A stretch of 64,000 nucleotides of DNA from the human T2T-CHM13v2.0 reference genome, Homo sapiens. Positions 39,517 through 53,402 of the stretch are shown here, piece by piece (the stretch's first letter is position 1; each line of letters opens with the position of its first letter). The translations under genes were made by a program, and so were the position numbers. The notes beneath the pieces are model-generated. The model did no database searches and was not told the DNA's origin. It saw only the letters and a program-made list of their open reading frames with translations. The stretch lies in NCBI RefSeq assembly GCF_009914755.1, contig NC_060930.1; one strand, given 5' to 3'.

Positions 39517-41404
39517 CCTACCCTTTTCAGTTGTTACAAAATCAATTATATATTTATGCATTTTTTTATTAAAAACATAAACTAATAATTTCATAATGAT
39601 AAATCTCTTACATTATGTAGAAAATGCAATGTGGAGTTACAGACCAAAATTGCAACAATACAAACCTTTAGATTCATTATTATTTTTAAAAATTAGTTTC
39701 TGAAAATGTGTAGAAAACAAAAAGTGAAGTTACAAATTATTTTGACAGTAATACTAGCTTTTATAATTGTTTGCATATTTACATTCAGTGAGATCTTTGT
39801 ATTTTCATAATTATGTTAATCACTGTCTAGTGTACTCATTTAAACAGACAGAAATCACTTTAGTTTTTCTTACAGGGCAGATCTAATGATAACAAACTCT
39901 CTCAGCCTTGGTTTATATGGGAATATCTTCATTTCCCACTCTCTTATGAAGGACAGTTTTGCTGGATGTAAAAATTTTTGATTGATAGTTTTTCTTTTGG
40001 CACTCTGAATATATTGGCCCACTTCTTCCTTGCCTCCAAAGTTTCCAATGAGAAGTTTGCAGACAAACTTATTAAGGATCCCTTGTATGTGATGAGTCAC
40101 TTCTCTCTTGCTGTTTTCAGGATTCTCTCTTTGTATTTGACTTTTGACTGTGATTATAATGTGTGTTAGTATGGTTCTCTTTATGTTCATCCTAGTTAGA
40201 GTTCATTGAGCATTTTGAATGTTTATATTTATGTCCTTAATCAAACTTGTGATGTTTTCAACCATTTTTTAAGTAATCTCTTCACTTTTCTCTCTTCTTC
40301 TGAGATTCACACAATCTACACGTTGGTCCACTTGATGTTGTCCCACAAGTCCCTTAGGCTCTGCTCACTTCTCTTCAATCATATTTGTGTTCCTCAGACT
40401 CAATAATTTCAGTTGTCTTCAACTTTGTTGATTCTTTCTTCTGCCTGCTCAAATCTTCCCAAACATCTTTCATTATAATGTTTAATCAATTTTCATTCTA
40501 CACCAGTCTATAAGACCTTAACCCTTTCTATCATGTTGACTGTTCCTTACACACAAGTCCATGACTGCATGGTTTGAAGCATGTTTTAGGCATGTAAAAA
40601 TCCTTTCTTCAGAAGACTGGGATCTCCCAGCACCCCTTCCTTCACCTTTTCCCCAGAACCCAATTTTTTTAAATGACGTTCCCATCTTGTGTCTACTCAT
40701 CTCTTGTAACCTATTGCAATTTCTACTTTCCAATAATTATTGAAAATAAAAATTCTGCACTGAATCACTTTTTGATATGTTGTGCTACTGCTTATAGCAG
40801 CTCTATTTGACAAAGATCTTGAAAGCAAAATAAAACCTTCCTGCTGGGTTGATCTGTATGTAGAAACTGCCTGTAGCGAAAAGCAGATATTTGGGTTTGG
40901 AAGGTACTTTATTGTCTCCACCTGACAATTCCACATATAGCTGACTATCCCTCCTCCCAAGATATAAAACCTGAGCCTTGACCTAGGAAGATGCTAGAGA
41001 GAATACAATACCATTTTTATCCACTCTTCTATCTTTACTTAGCCTCCACATTTTCCCATGCTCTACAGAAACGTAATACAATGTAAACAGCATTCAGCTG
41101 AACAATCTGAAAGTTACTGTTATTTATTTTCCCATATGCTAGGCAGTACAAAGGGATAAAAAGCAAACCTCTATCTCTCTGTGGTCCTGAATTATGGTTC
41201 TTTGAACAGTGAAGGACTAAAAAGCCCATTTCAAATTAGTCTGCCTGGATAATCCTCTGTGATACTAAAACAGGGCAGGTGACTGATCTTGGCAACCCAG
41301 TAAGAGGAAGTTATTGCTGCGACTTCTGCTATCAGTATGAAAAAAGCCAGGTTTTATCTGTTGCCTGATTATTTAGGGTTGAAATCTTTTACTTTTATTC
41401 AGGT

Positions 41405-41500
41405 ATTTTTTTCTTAATTGTTAACTTTTAATTTTTATGTGTACATAGCATGTATATTTATTTATGAGGTACATGGGATATTTTGATACTGGCATGACAG
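41405..41500 (-). mobile_element. Short L1MA-type 3' end fragment
   Basis: TTTTAATTTTTATGTGTACATAG...ATTTATGAGGTACATGGGATATTTTGATAC. Confidence 0.7.
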
Positions 41501-41609
41501 GTAATTTTAAAATTACCTATATATTTTTTAAAATTATAAAAGGCTACTTATAATGAGAAATACTTATGTACAGAATAGTTTTTAATAAGAAAGGCAAACA
41601 ACGAAAATT

Positions 41610-42170
41610 AGTACAATGTGTTTAAATGCAATTTGGCAGTCTTGATCAAAATATTAAATATGCATTCTTTTTAATCCAGTAATTACACCTCAAGGAATTG
41701 ACCCAATGGCAAATACTTGCACAATTGAAATAAAACAATTTATGTTCAAGGATTTGTATGTAGCTTTATTTACAATAGCAAACAATTAAAGTTATATTAA
41801 ATGGACACACGTGTGTGAATAAATACATATGGCACATACGTATGAGATAGGTCTGTATGTAATAATTTAGAATGTTGTCTATGATGTGTAAACTGGAGAA
41901 GAAAGCAAATTACAGAACTGTATTTATAGTAAAATCTTAGTTTGTAGAACAAATGAGGAATGTGGATATTGTATTTATATATAGGGATGTTTGTGTGTTT
42001 GTGTCTGTGTGTGTGTGTGAGACAGGGAGAGAGAGAGAAAAGAAAGGGGCACTCTCAAAAAAGATACAGTAAAATTATTAGTTCTAGCTAACTGTAGAAA
42101 GTTAATTTTCAACTTTTAAAAATTAACATCCTCTACTATTGTAATTAAATATGTATTTTTAAAAAAGAAT
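41610..42170 (+). mobile_element. L1ME-like 3' fragment with (TG)/(GA) tract
   Basis: GCAATTTGGCAGTCTTGATCAAAAT...TTTAATCCAGTAATTACACCTCAAGGAATT. Confidence 0.55.
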
Positions 42171-42524
42171 GGAATAATGATAGCATTTTAGTTAGAGAAT
42201 GTGGAAAGTATTTATGTTACAATCCAATAATAAGGCAATTATTGTAAATGAATAGCAAATTTAACTCTAAGCCTTATGGAAGCCAAGATAAAAAGAGAAA
42301 GATTATATATTCTATGCTTTTTATTGACAAAAGAAAATACACAAATATCAGGAAGACTAGACTTTCTCCTAACACTAAACTTTGGAAGAATTTTATCACA
42401 AAGGTCTGTATATGTAAAACACTGAATAACATATTGAACAAGGTTTTCAATAGTAGTCTTAAAAAGTTATAGAAAAAATGTGTTTAATCCCTATTACATC
42501 AATCCTGCTGTTAATTATATTTTC

Positions 42525-43145
42525 CAGAGATGGCTGCCACACATGCTCTTCTCACAATATGATGTTGATATAACTCCATCAAGAGGAAGGGCCTATGTTC
42601 CCTTTCCTTGAAAATGGGAAGATCTTTGTATTAGGTTGGTGCAAACATAATTGTGGTTTTTGTAATTAAAAGTAATGGCAAAACCCCAATTACTTTTGTA
42701 CCAACCTAATAATTGCCTTGACCTATAGAATGTGGTAGAGGTGATATTGAGTGACTTCAGAAGCTAGATCATAAAAGGCAACATAGCATCTACCTGGTAC
42801 ACTCTTATATCACTTATTCTGGGGGAAGCCAGTCATCATGTTCTAAGGACACTTAGGCAGCCCATCAAGGGACCCATGAGTCTCTGAGGTTCATGACTAA
42901 GAGATTGCACTAACTTGAAACCCATGTTACTGACTTTAGTAGAAGTGGATGCTCTAATCTCAGTTAAGCCTTTGGATGACTACCCCCCACCCCAGACAAA
43001 TACCTCTGCAATTGCATGTGGAAACTGTCCAGGGGAGGTCTTTCTGAGTTCCTTACCTACAGAATCTGTGGGGAATAATAAGTGACTATTGTTCTTTTAA
43101 GCCATTAAGTGTTGAGATTATTTTTTATGCAGCCACAGTAACACT
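42525..43145 (+). mobile_element. MaLR LTR (MLT1E/F-like)
   Basis: ACTCCATCAAGAGG, CTAGATCATAAAAGGC, GGGGGAAGCCAGTCATCATG, TTTTAAGCCATTAAGTGTTGAG. Confidence 0.7.
42631..42709. mobile_element. MADE1 (Hsmar1-derived MITE)
   Basis: TA|TTAGGTTGGTGCAAA...TTTTGTACCAACCTAA|TA, 79-bp palindromic element with TA TSD. Confidence 0.95.
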
Positions 43146-43567
43146 AACTCAATCAAAAATAAATCAAAAAGTGCAGCAGCTTAGTAGAGACATTTTCAAG
43201 GTAGCTAAACTACTATTATTTGGTTGAAATATTGTACTCAGGTACCTCACCTTAATGCAAGGAGAAAATTCACAGAACTTGGAGTCAAATCATTTTAACA
43301 TTTATCTTAACACAGTTAGCCAGGAATGAAATAGAAATTTTAAGACTGAACTTTCTGTAGAATATCTGAAGTATAGATGTTCTGGGATGTTGGCTGAGAA
43401 AAGAGACCCAAATGTTTAAGATACATCAGAATTGGTTAGAGCAGAGTTGACATGCAGTGAAAATTAAAGAGACTGAGTTTGTCATAAAGGCTTCTTTGCA
43501 TTTCCTTTACTTAACCAATGAGTATATAATAAATATAAAAAGTCTAAACAGGATCTATAATAAAGCT

Positions 43568-43967
43568 CTACAATGAAAAGCCCAACTCTATTTTTGATAT
43601 CTGGCCACTGATAACTTTTAAGCTTCGTATCTCCTTTCCCCTTTGGTGCTACATCCATGTAAGCCAAAAAGAAAGCCAGTGTGCTCCCTCCCTTGGTGCT
43701 GGTAGGAAGTTCAAATCATGTAAGCCCCAGATTGCACCCCTACCCACAAAGAAAACCAAGACCACTATTTCCCACTGTCTTTCCGGTTGCTCAAGCTACT
43801 TTCAGACCAGTTTGAGTGTCTGCCCTGCTCTCCTCAAAAAATGTCCATTCATGAGTAATGAATCTCTTAACACCCACTTGATATATTTGTGCCATCATTA
43901 GTCTTGACAGTGGACCCAAATTTGGGTGGGAGATCCATCCCACTTCTGTGGGGTGACTATGAAACAT
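43568..43967 (+). mobile_element. ERVL LTR (MER54/MER74-like)
   Basis: AAGAAAGCCAGTGTGCTCCCTCCCTTGGTGCTGGTAGGAAGTTCAAA and CCAAATTTGGGTGGG motifs. Confidence 0.55.
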
Positions 43968-44839
43968 AGGCTCCAACTAGAAGGGCTTGTCCCTCTCATT
44001 CCTTTCTGTGTGTTCATTTGTGTGATCTGATGGTTGTGCCTTGATCACACTATCACCACAACCATCTACAGATTATGTGTGGGCATGTACACCTCAGCAA
44101 CATCTGTATTGGTTCAAACCATGTGAATAGTAGTAATCTTTCCAGACTTAGGACATGGCTGACATCATAATTATTTGGAAAATATCAAAATATTGTTGTT
44201 GTAAAAAATGCATCTATTTGAAGTGCTTGTTATTTTTGGCTTCAAGCTGCTCATGCAGTCACCAATGTTCTTTATCTTCATTCTTCATCCCTCTCCTCCT
44301 CTTTTATGAGCCTCCACCTCTGCCAAAAGGTTATAATACAGTAAGAATGCTCAATACAAATTTTAAAAACTCATTATTGTATTTTAGAAAGAACTTTATT
44401 ATTCCTGTCTTGCAGATGAAGAAACTATGTCCCAGATATTACACAGCTGTGTAAATTCATTGTTCTTTCCCCTGTTTAAAGCTACATCCATTGTTTGGTC
44501 CCCTAGGGTCTTTCCCATGCAGGGATCAGCCTGAAACATCCCGCCAACATGAACATGCTACCCTTCATGCCCAAATGTTTGCATATTTAACAGGGATACT
44601 GGATACCTTTATGTAAACAAAATTATTACCAGTAAGATTTCTAGATCACCTGCATGGTAATGTAATTTGCAGGTATAATATGGTGGAGGAAATCTCCTTA
44701 GCTTGTTTCCCCAGCATTTAAAGTTAATTTTTGACATTGTAAGGAAAGTTAAATATGGACTGTCTTATATTCCTCCAACACTTTGGTGGCAGAGTGTACT
44801 GTTAATAGCAAAGGGAAGCACAGATAAAGCCATTATAAC

Positions 44840-45040
44840 ATAACCTTAGAGAAGAGCAGTGCTAAAAGAGACCTTAGCAATCATTCAGTCCAGACCTTAC
44901 TTAGGGTCAAGGAAACTGAGGCCAGGGCTAGGAATGAGGGAGGTGGTGGTTGGAGAACCTGCCGAATTCTCATGGTTAGCTGGCAGGAGACTGAGGCTAG
45001 GTCCTGGGTCTCCCTGTTCATACCTTATCAGAATACTCTC
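44840..45040 (-). mobile_element. MIR fragment
   Basis: GAGACCTTAGCAATCATTCAGTCCA...AAGGAAACTGAGGCCAG. Confidence 0.6.
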
Positions 45041-46089
45041 AACCAATACATTTGTACTGAAGTCCAGAATAAATTTCTATCCTATAAAGTGCTTGCATAA
45101 GTAGAATTTGAAAATTATATGAATCTTAGTGAAAAACAGTCTCTACCAAGGAGAGCTGACCTAACATTACTCTGGTACATGGGTACATTAATCTAAAAAG
45201 GTAAATTCCATAGCAGAGTGAAAAGGATTTGCAAATGACAGAGTTCAAATATGATTCATTATCTAAGCAAGAATACTGTGCTCAAAAAAGTCTTGTCTGT
45301 GGGCAGATGCATATTTCAGTTAGTCAATCAGCAAGTGATCATCCAGTCAGTATGTGCCCAGCACACTGCAGACTTACAAAGGATGCCAAGAAATGGTTGT
45401 GCCCAGAAAGAGCTCTTAATGTGGTTAGGAGGCACAACTACCACCCACAAAATCATTAGGAACAATTCAATGCAACACTTAATGGTATTACTCAAACTTC
45501 AACTACTGAAATCTGAATGTTCAGTCTTCCCCAGCCCCATTAGAAAAATCACGATGTGAGCTGGATTTGAACAATGTGCAAAATAGGGAAATGTCAGCAA
45601 TATCTTGCACAGGTAGGATGGCGTGTGTGGGAACAATTCTTTACACAGCAGGATAAGAGTGATGATCTTGGCATCTCAGAACTGGCTCTTTGCCAGCTCA
45701 GACTTGCATATAGTAGCCATCCTGTCTTCCTTGAACTTCTGGCCCCCCGATAGCTGAGATCCAAGCTCTCTTGGTGCATTCAGGGTCAACCTGCTAAAAG
45801 GTTTGAAATTGTTCTTCTTACATTGTGCATCTGACATGTTCCTGTGGAGTCCAAACCCTTTTACTTCTTCTCCCCACTGCATCTGTGTCTTGCTTTTCTT
45901 TCTGTCAGAGTCTTAGCACTGTTTCTCTGGTAATGACGGTGTCCTCTCCAGCAGATGCAGTTTACATTGACCCATTGAACTGGGTCCTTTCTCCACTTGG
46001 AGTAGCACTGATCTGGTCAAGCCTCAACAGTGTCACTAAAATTCTTACCCATGGGGCTGGAATTTCCTTACAAAAGGCATCTGAAATAT

Positions 46090-46300
46090 TCATTAATTCC
46101 TTCATGTATTCATTTATCAAGCATTTACTAAAGAACTACTAAACTGGACACTGTGCTAGATGTCAGGCCTATAAAACATTGAAACCAGGTTTCTGCCTCA
46201 AGGAGTTGATTCTCGGTCTAATGTGAGAGACAGATAAGAATATAAGAAATTATAAGTCCTGAATGAGAGTTTTGAGAGATGTAATCACGGGGTGTTTTGA
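46090..46300 (-). mobile_element. L2 3' end fragment
   Basis: ATTCATTTATCAAGCATTTACTAAAGAACTACT...GACACTGTGCTAGATG...TGCCTCAAGGAGTT. Confidence 0.7.
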
Positions 46301-46749
46301 AACACAGCTGTGGAAGGTGGGCCCAGGCTGGGAGCAGTATGCATGTGGGATGGCATGAGTGTGCATGTCTGGAGGTGGGAGTAGAATGGGAATGCCTCTG
46401 AGAAGTGCTGACCCAATAAATAATACCTGCTAAAACTGTTGGGTGGCCATGAAGGTCACTGTCTTTTCACAAGGCCCTGGAAGGCCCACACACATCTTTT
46501 TATTTGGAGATGAGTCATTGCACTTTTTGTCATCTCAATTGAATCGTTTGTGAGTAGGTGCAGGGTTAACAGACATGCCCCTTTTAAATGCTAGCAAAAG
46601 GAATATATTTATGAAAACTGCCTAAAATTTTGCTTAAAGTATGTAAGAAACCACCAAGGAATGATAATTCCTACTCAGGCCAGCACCTGCGGGGAAGGAA
46701 AAAAGGATCTGAAGAGATTCAAATGTGATGAATGAGTGTACTTTTCTTC

Positions 46750-48130
46750 TGAAAAGGTAATTAATGCACATGGCACAACATTCAAAATTTACAAAAGGTT
46801 GCATGGTATAAAGGCAGCCTAATTCCCTTTCTGATCCCACATATTCTAGCACTGTTCTCAGAAGCAAGCCCTGTTACCAGTTTCTAATCATTTAGAAGTG
46901 AATATATGTATATATTTATTCATGTTTTCTCACATATAATTGTAGTGTGCCATTCTGCACCTTGTATTTTTTCTTTGTTAGTTCATCAAATATTTATTGC
47001 AAGTCTAATATGTGCTATACATTGTTCTATGTGTTAGGGATACAGAAGCAAGCAAGACAAAAATCCCTGCCCTCAGAAAGATTTCCAGAAAATCTTTCCA
47101 TATCACCACATTTGCTTATATTTGCTTATGCTTTCTTCTTTGTAATAGGTCCATAATTTATCATTGTTTGATGTATTATAATTTATTTAATCAGCCCTTT
47201 ATTAATGCAGACTTTGATTTTTCTAATTTTTATCACAAAATATGTGATATCCAGTAAATACTTTTATATAGAGAGTGACTGGAAGAGTGCTTTAAATAGA
47301 GTAGGCAGTTGTTTGTTGAATGAAGGAATAAATTCTTTCACACATTTGAGAGAGCATTTTGGGTTAAATAACTAGGGATCAAATTGATTAATCAAAAGGT
47401 ATGTACATTTTTAATTTGAAAAGATACTTCCATATTTTCTGGACTTGTGTTTGAAGCAATTTATACTCTCACTAACAATGTATGAGAGTAGAATCCTATT
47501 TCTCGTTACCACCACGTTGATCTGATGTGCTAACATGCTATGCCATTTAATTTTAACTTGTAATAATCTGATCATGAGTAAAATCAAATGTCTTTCCATA
47601 TGGTTAGGAGTCATTTGCTTTTTCTCTGTGACCTATCTGTTCACACCCTCTACTCTTCCGTTGCATCAATGGTCTTTTATTTATTGGTTGTAGAGCTCTC
47701 TATATGTGTACATCAAGGAAAATATATCTTTGCTGTGATATCAGTTGCAAATATTTTTCCCAGCTTGTTAGTTCTCTTTTAACTCTGCCTATGTATTTTT
47801 GCCACGCATTTTCTTTACTTTTATGTAACTGAATTTATCAATCTTTTATTTTATGGCTTTTACATTTTGTGTTGTACTTGGAAAGATCTTTTTCTCTGAG
47901 GTTATTTTTTAAATTCTCCTGATTTCTTTTTGCACTTTTTTAGTTTCACTTTTTACATTTAAATGTTTGATTCATATTAAATTCAATTTGAATAATGTAA
48001 GATACTGATCTCACTTTACATTTTTTTTCAGATGGTTATCCCATTTCCCGGTAACATTTTTTTTAATTATCTAAATTCTCTTCACTAACTTGAAATATCA
48101 CTATTGTCATTTTATCCCATATCTTCTTAA
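46750..48130 (-). mobile_element. Ancient L1ME-like fragment with small L2 pieces inside
   Basis: GCAATTTATACTCTCACTAACAATGTATGAGAGT, GTTGCAAATATTTTTCCCAG, TTTATCAATCTTTTATTTTATGGCTT. Confidence 0.7.
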
Positions 48131-49227
48131 CCAAACATTGTATATATTTTTCACCTATTTAAAAAATTTTTCAGAGTATTGTACTAATCTGTGATTAAGA
48201 TGAGGTTTAGTCTGGCTTCGTGTAAAAGAAACCCAAAATAATAGTTGTTTAAACAAGATGATTTTATTTCTCTTTCATGTAACGTAAAGTCTGGTGCAAG
48301 CAGACAGCACCATTGCATGGTCCAACAATATCATTAATATATCAAGCTCTCTCCATCACTGTTCTGAAAACCTTATTGCTGGCTTTCAGCCTTTAGCCTC
48401 AAGTGTTTCACAGTGGTAATATAACTGCTGTAGCTCCAGCAATCATGTGAAAGTTTGGTGCATAAAGAGAAAACTTGCAAAATGGCTAATACTTCTGACT
48501 CAGTTTCCTGCCAATTTTTGCCTTTTTATTTTTATTTCTTTCTTATCTGTATGCACCTACTTTTTTCCCTTTATTTCTTCTTTTTTCTCTCCTTCTCCAA
48601 AGTAATTTTCACTTCAGTGATAGTTCAGTACCATTGCTAAGTTGTGATCCTCAGAGTCTCCACTGAATGACCTGGTAACCACCAATGACTTCTACTCTTC
48701 CTAGTTGGGACTCAAAATCTCCATGCTTAGTGCATTCTCTTATTGTTCATCTCACAACTACCTGGTAGTTTTTTTGGCTAGCTTTGTGAAATTTCACTTT
48801 CTGCATGCATGGCTTAATATTATTTAAGGACTGAAGATGGTCCTTACCCAAATTTTTGAAGCTCATTTTCTGTGTAGCTTTTTCACCTTTAGAACTCATC
48901 CTTGGAACTTCTTGTCACTTTTGGCCTATTGAACTCCAATCTTTGTCTCTTTAATTCAGAGTCCCCAAGACTGGTTTCCTTTGCCTTCACATGTCTGGAA
49001 ACTAACTCCAGAAAGAAATCTAGGGTGACTGTGATAATCATTTAATCTGTGTCCCTTTCTCAGAGATCAGTCTGGTGCTTTCAGTTACCATAACTGAAAG
49101 CACTTGCTTTAGATATTTTTTCCAGTTTTCTAGCTGTTTATGGCAAGAAGTCAAGTTCAGTTTTTTGCCATCATGGCTGGCATTGGGAGTTCTCAGGTTT
49201 CTTCTAAGAAGCTTTTCAAAAGGCCAC

Positions 49228-49712
49228 TGTGGCAGGCAGAATCTTACTATCCCAAAATGTTCTATTCCCTGGAATCTATGAATTTGTTACCTTCTATGGC
49301 AAAAGGGACTTGGAAAGTATGGTCAAGTTAAGGTTCTTAAGATAGGAAGATTATCCTGAATTATCTGGTGGGCCCAATGTAATCAAAAGGATCTACATAG
49401 GGAAGTGGGAGAGTCAAGATTAGAAAGGCATTTGTGGTGACAGCAGTGAAGGTTGGAGTGATTTGCTTTGAAGATGAGAGAGAGAGGCCATGAGGAAAGG
49501 AATACAGGCAGCTTCTAGAAGTTGGAAACCAAGGGATTGGATTCTCTCTTGGAACATCCAGAAGGACTACAACACCATTGACAACTTGATTTTTGCCCCA
49601 TAAGACATATTTTGAACTTCTGACTTCAAAAACTGTAAGGTAATAAATTTGTGTTGCTTCAAGACACTCAGCTTGTGGTAACTTGTTACAAGAGTAATAG
49701 GAAAATAATACA
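49228..49712 (+). mobile_element. MaLR LTR (MLT1D-like)
   Basis: TGTGGCAGGCAGAAT start, ATGGCAAAAGGGACTT, TGGGCCCAATGTAATCA, end AATAGGAAAATAATACA. Confidence 0.88.
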
Positions 49713-51429
49713 ACCAGCCAATAACTTCTAGTTTATCTACAGTGACCCAGATTTAGTCACATGTCCACCCACTGTCTGCAACAAAATGCTAGAAAATGTA
49801 TTTTTAAACTATGGGTACATTGACACTTCCAGTAAAATTATTAGTAAAAATGAACAGCCTGTACCATAATGATTTTTGTTTTAGTTCTTCACTATTTTAA
49901 TTATTTCAGCTATTGCAAAGTGTTCTCATATCTAGTATGTCTACTTCCTTTTATTTCTTTTATTTTTCATAATTATTCTGACTATTCCTGCTTGCTTATT
50001 CTGCCATATGTATTTTACAGTCAGCTTGTCTAATGGACAATATCCTGTTGGTATTACATTAAATTTATAGATGCACTTATATAGTATTGACATCTTTATG
50101 ATGCTGAGTTTTTCTACCTAAGTACATGGTGTGGCTCTCTGTTTAGTCTTTATTTATTTTCCTATGTAAATTTTTGATTTTTTCTTAGATAGAGGCTAAT
50201 GATATTTGTTGTAGAATGGACAAGAGTGATTTTTAAGGGTTAAAATAAAGAAGGAGCATGACAATAGTATTACATCCAGTTTCTTCACATGTGAGGCCAC
50301 TTGTGGAAAAATATCACTGGGAAAAGAATTACAATTTTGTTCACTATTCCTCACTATTTGAGAACACTATATATGTTTCTATGGATAATAACACCTGAAA
50401 TCTCTTAAGAAGTCTTTGATTATATTGTCAAACACATAAAAAAGTCTTGACATGGATATAATTGCATATGAAAACTTTATTAAAACTGAGATTCAAAACA
50501 GCTCCATAAAATTCTGAGAAGTGAGGTTAGAACCAACTGAATTAAACTGAAATAAAGGAAAACGCTGATTTGTGAAACAGCAGGGAGTTTTAAATAACTC
50601 ATGATGTTAGGAAGGAAAACCAAGGAGAAAACTGTAAATGTTTCCAGGTCTCAGTGATCTATGAGACCCACAGCTCAGAAACCACATTAATTTTTATGCT
50701 GCCATATTAAATTACCAGTCTATTAGCATGATTCTAGCACTTTAATATCTGATTTTACTGAAAAATTCTGTATAGACATTCAGAAGTATTACTTCCTAGC
50801 CATCATACATAACCAACCATAAATTAGTTTAAATAAAATAGAGGTTGTACTGACTTGTCCACTCCTAGTTGAATTCATAAAAAAAATAAACCAAATATGT
50901 TGATTAGGACTATTAAGCAAGTGTTTCACCTCTTCAGGTACTCTCTTATTTCTTGGGATAATTGTGTATATAGAATTGCAGGCCATCACCCAGATGCAAG
51001 CATAAACAAGAATAATAAATTAGGGAGAACCTTTAAAATAATTACCAGTTTGGGAAAAAAAGTAGTCTTATAAATTGAATGCTTTTATCACCATCAACAA
51101 ATGAGAGAGTCAGAATGGGATGTGATAAGGAAGGAAGCTTAGACTAATCAGAATACCAACTTTAGTTGCCTGAATCGAAAGAGCTACATAATCATTAAGA
51201 GTTTTCCAGTTTAGTTCAAAACAGAAGTAGCACATTTTCAAAATGAAACAAGAAAATATGTGGGGGCTTAGGGGAAGGGCGGTATCTGAATGGATATTCA
51301 GGTAAACAAAACTTTGTAATTTCATGAAGGAATGGAAAAGTAAGGGAAAGAAATCCCTGGTTTGTAGGTACTGTTAAAATCCTAGACTTGACTGCCTACC
51401 ATAAGCTAGAAGCTACAGACACTAGACTG

Positions 51430-52510
51430 AAAAAAAATGCAGAACATCATAGACTCAGTTTTGGAAAGTGTGTTAAATGTCATCTTGAGTGATCCATCTC
51501 CCTTTCCATGCTTAATTTATTTCTGTAGAAGCCTCACAAAGTTATCACCAAATCATATCCTGTTATGGAGTATGCATGTCTTCCCAAGGCAATCTATTCC
51601 ATCTTTGGTGAGCTCCGGCTACTATATTCTACTGTATATTGATCCAAAATCTGCTTTGCTGTAGCATCTACCCATTACTTGTAGTTCTATTCCTTGAGGA
51701 AGAATGAACAAACTTAATCTTTGTTTTATGTAATCATTCTTCAGTTCTCTAAAACTAGCTATCATGTTTCCACAATGTCTTCTCTTCAGCTAGCTCAATA
51801 GCTCTAGTTACTTCAACTGCGCATTGCAGAACTAGAGGTAAAATCTTCAGCATCCCTGTCTCTATGAATGTGCTTGAGTTTCCTATGTCACTCTAGGAAA
51901 TTAACTCAATAATCCAGGTATGAACCACTAATTGCTGAACAGAGCACACTTCCCTTGTTCTAAATCCTTACAACAATTGTCCTGTGAGCCGGTAGAATTA
52001 CCCAGGAAGTTGTTAGAAATCAAAACTTCACAGCCCTACTCCAGGTCTACTGAATTGGAATTTGTATTTTAATGAAATTCCAGATGACTCATACGAACTC
52101 ATATTAACTTTTTCAAACACTGTGCTAGATCAGTGGTTCTCCAAGTTGACAGCACATTTGAATCACCTGGGGAGTTTTAAAAAATACTGATGTCTGAGTC
52201 TGTGAGAGATGAAATTCAGATACGGTCTGGGCATGAGGATTGTTTGCAATTTTGAAGGTCATTCAAGGGTGCAGTCATGCCTCGGAACCACTGTTAGAGA
52301 ATGATAACAGTCTTTAATAAGGCAGGCTAAAATCCTGCTCTGTTTTTAGCAGCTATATCATAATATGGATATATTAAACTAGTAGCCCAAGTCATTTTTA
52401 TTGGTACTATTGCTAAATTCTGATGCCCCCATTCTGTAAGCAAGAGGTTGGATTTCTGGACCAAGTTCAGAATCTTAAACTTATCTCTATTAAATTTTAT
52501 TTTATATGAT
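51430..52510 (-). mobile_element. L3/CR1 LINE fragment, interrupted by MER5 elements
   Basis: CCCAAGGCAATCTATTCCAT, TATATTGATCCAAAATCTGC, AGCTATCATGTTTCC...TCTTCTCTTC. Confidence 0.6.
52131..52293. mobile_element. MER5A-like hAT-Charlie MITE (a more decayed MER5 lies just upstream, ~51960-52122)
   Basis: TIRs CAGTGGTTC...GAACCACTG; GAATCACCTGGGGAGTTTTAAAAAATACTGATG. Confidence 0.85.
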
Positions 52511-52825
52511 TTACTACCATTCTGCTTTAGAATGAAATAGAAGGAAAAGTCATTATTAAGTTAGAAAAACCTAAGATATGTAAACATGACAGATTAGAAC
52601 ATTTAGAGAAAAAAGTACAGCCTGATAAATTGCTGGGGTAGAGAAGAAGAAGCATCTATTTTATCAAATTGAGTAAAATACAAATTTAAAGTTGTACAGA
52701 ATATCCCAATGGACGGAGTTTCAGGATATTGTCAGCAGATTTATTGCCCTCTTCAAGAGGGTTGACTTAGACTTACTTAACTTCCTGATTTGTTTGAATA
52801 TCTTCCTAATGATTTTCTAAAATCA

Positions 52826-53047
52826 AGGTAGCTGTTGTGTGTGCTCAAGTGGGCCTGTACCACCTCATAATACCTGGTTGCTAGCATTTCTTTCCAACTC
52901 TCCGTTCAGTGATGACAACTGGTAACTCAGAATCAGCCATGGTGGGAATATTTACATTATAGAACTCAGCAAGAGATACAAATCAGTTCATTACATCCCT
53001 CTTCCTTCCCTAGTGCTGGTTGTTTAACATTTACCAATGCATCACTG
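52826..53047. mobile_element. MER63-like hAT DNA transposon
   Basis: GCCATGGTGGGAATATTTACA...TACAAATCAG...CTGGTTGTTTAACATTTACCAATGCATCACTG. Confidence 0.7.
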
Positions 53048-53113
53048 AAAAGAAAAACATTATCAATTTGGAAGTTCCCTTCTAAAAAATATCAGAAAAA
53101 AAAGTGAACTCAC

Positions 53114-53152
53114 CTGGAAGGACCAATACCTCTTATTTTTCTTTAAGAGTGT
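53114..53152 (-). other. Candidate spliced exon (39 nt)
   Basis: Acceptor CCTTGTAGTTACCTCTGTTCTTAG|, consensus donor CAG|GTGAGT; open frame TLLKKNKRYWSFQ. Confidence 0.25.
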
Positions 53153-53402
53153 CTAAGAACAGAGGTAACTACAAGGTGCAGGGCCCAAAAGGTATGTAAC
53201 AGAGCAAGAGTACCAACAATTCCAACCAAAGGAAACTCAATTGTCATCTACTAAGTGCTGGGGTTATTCAGCTTTGGCCCTGCCCTTTTGAAATGCAACC
53301 TAATACTCACAGGCAATTATAGTGATTAGACATTTTGCTGATATAAGAATCTGGAGAATAAAACAGAAAACTCACCCAACTGAACTTAAAAGTCATGAGT
53401 AT

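Noticed and set aside
40697-41229. Minus-strand ORFs with possible acceptors near 40871 and 41107
   Set aside because: Donors or acceptors are weak and the peptides are unrecognisable, so the evidence is too thin to call exons
50270-50740. Possible old hAT transposon remnant
   Set aside because: Only a TIR-like end (CAGCTCAGAAACCAC) is recognisable, so family and boundaries cannot be supported
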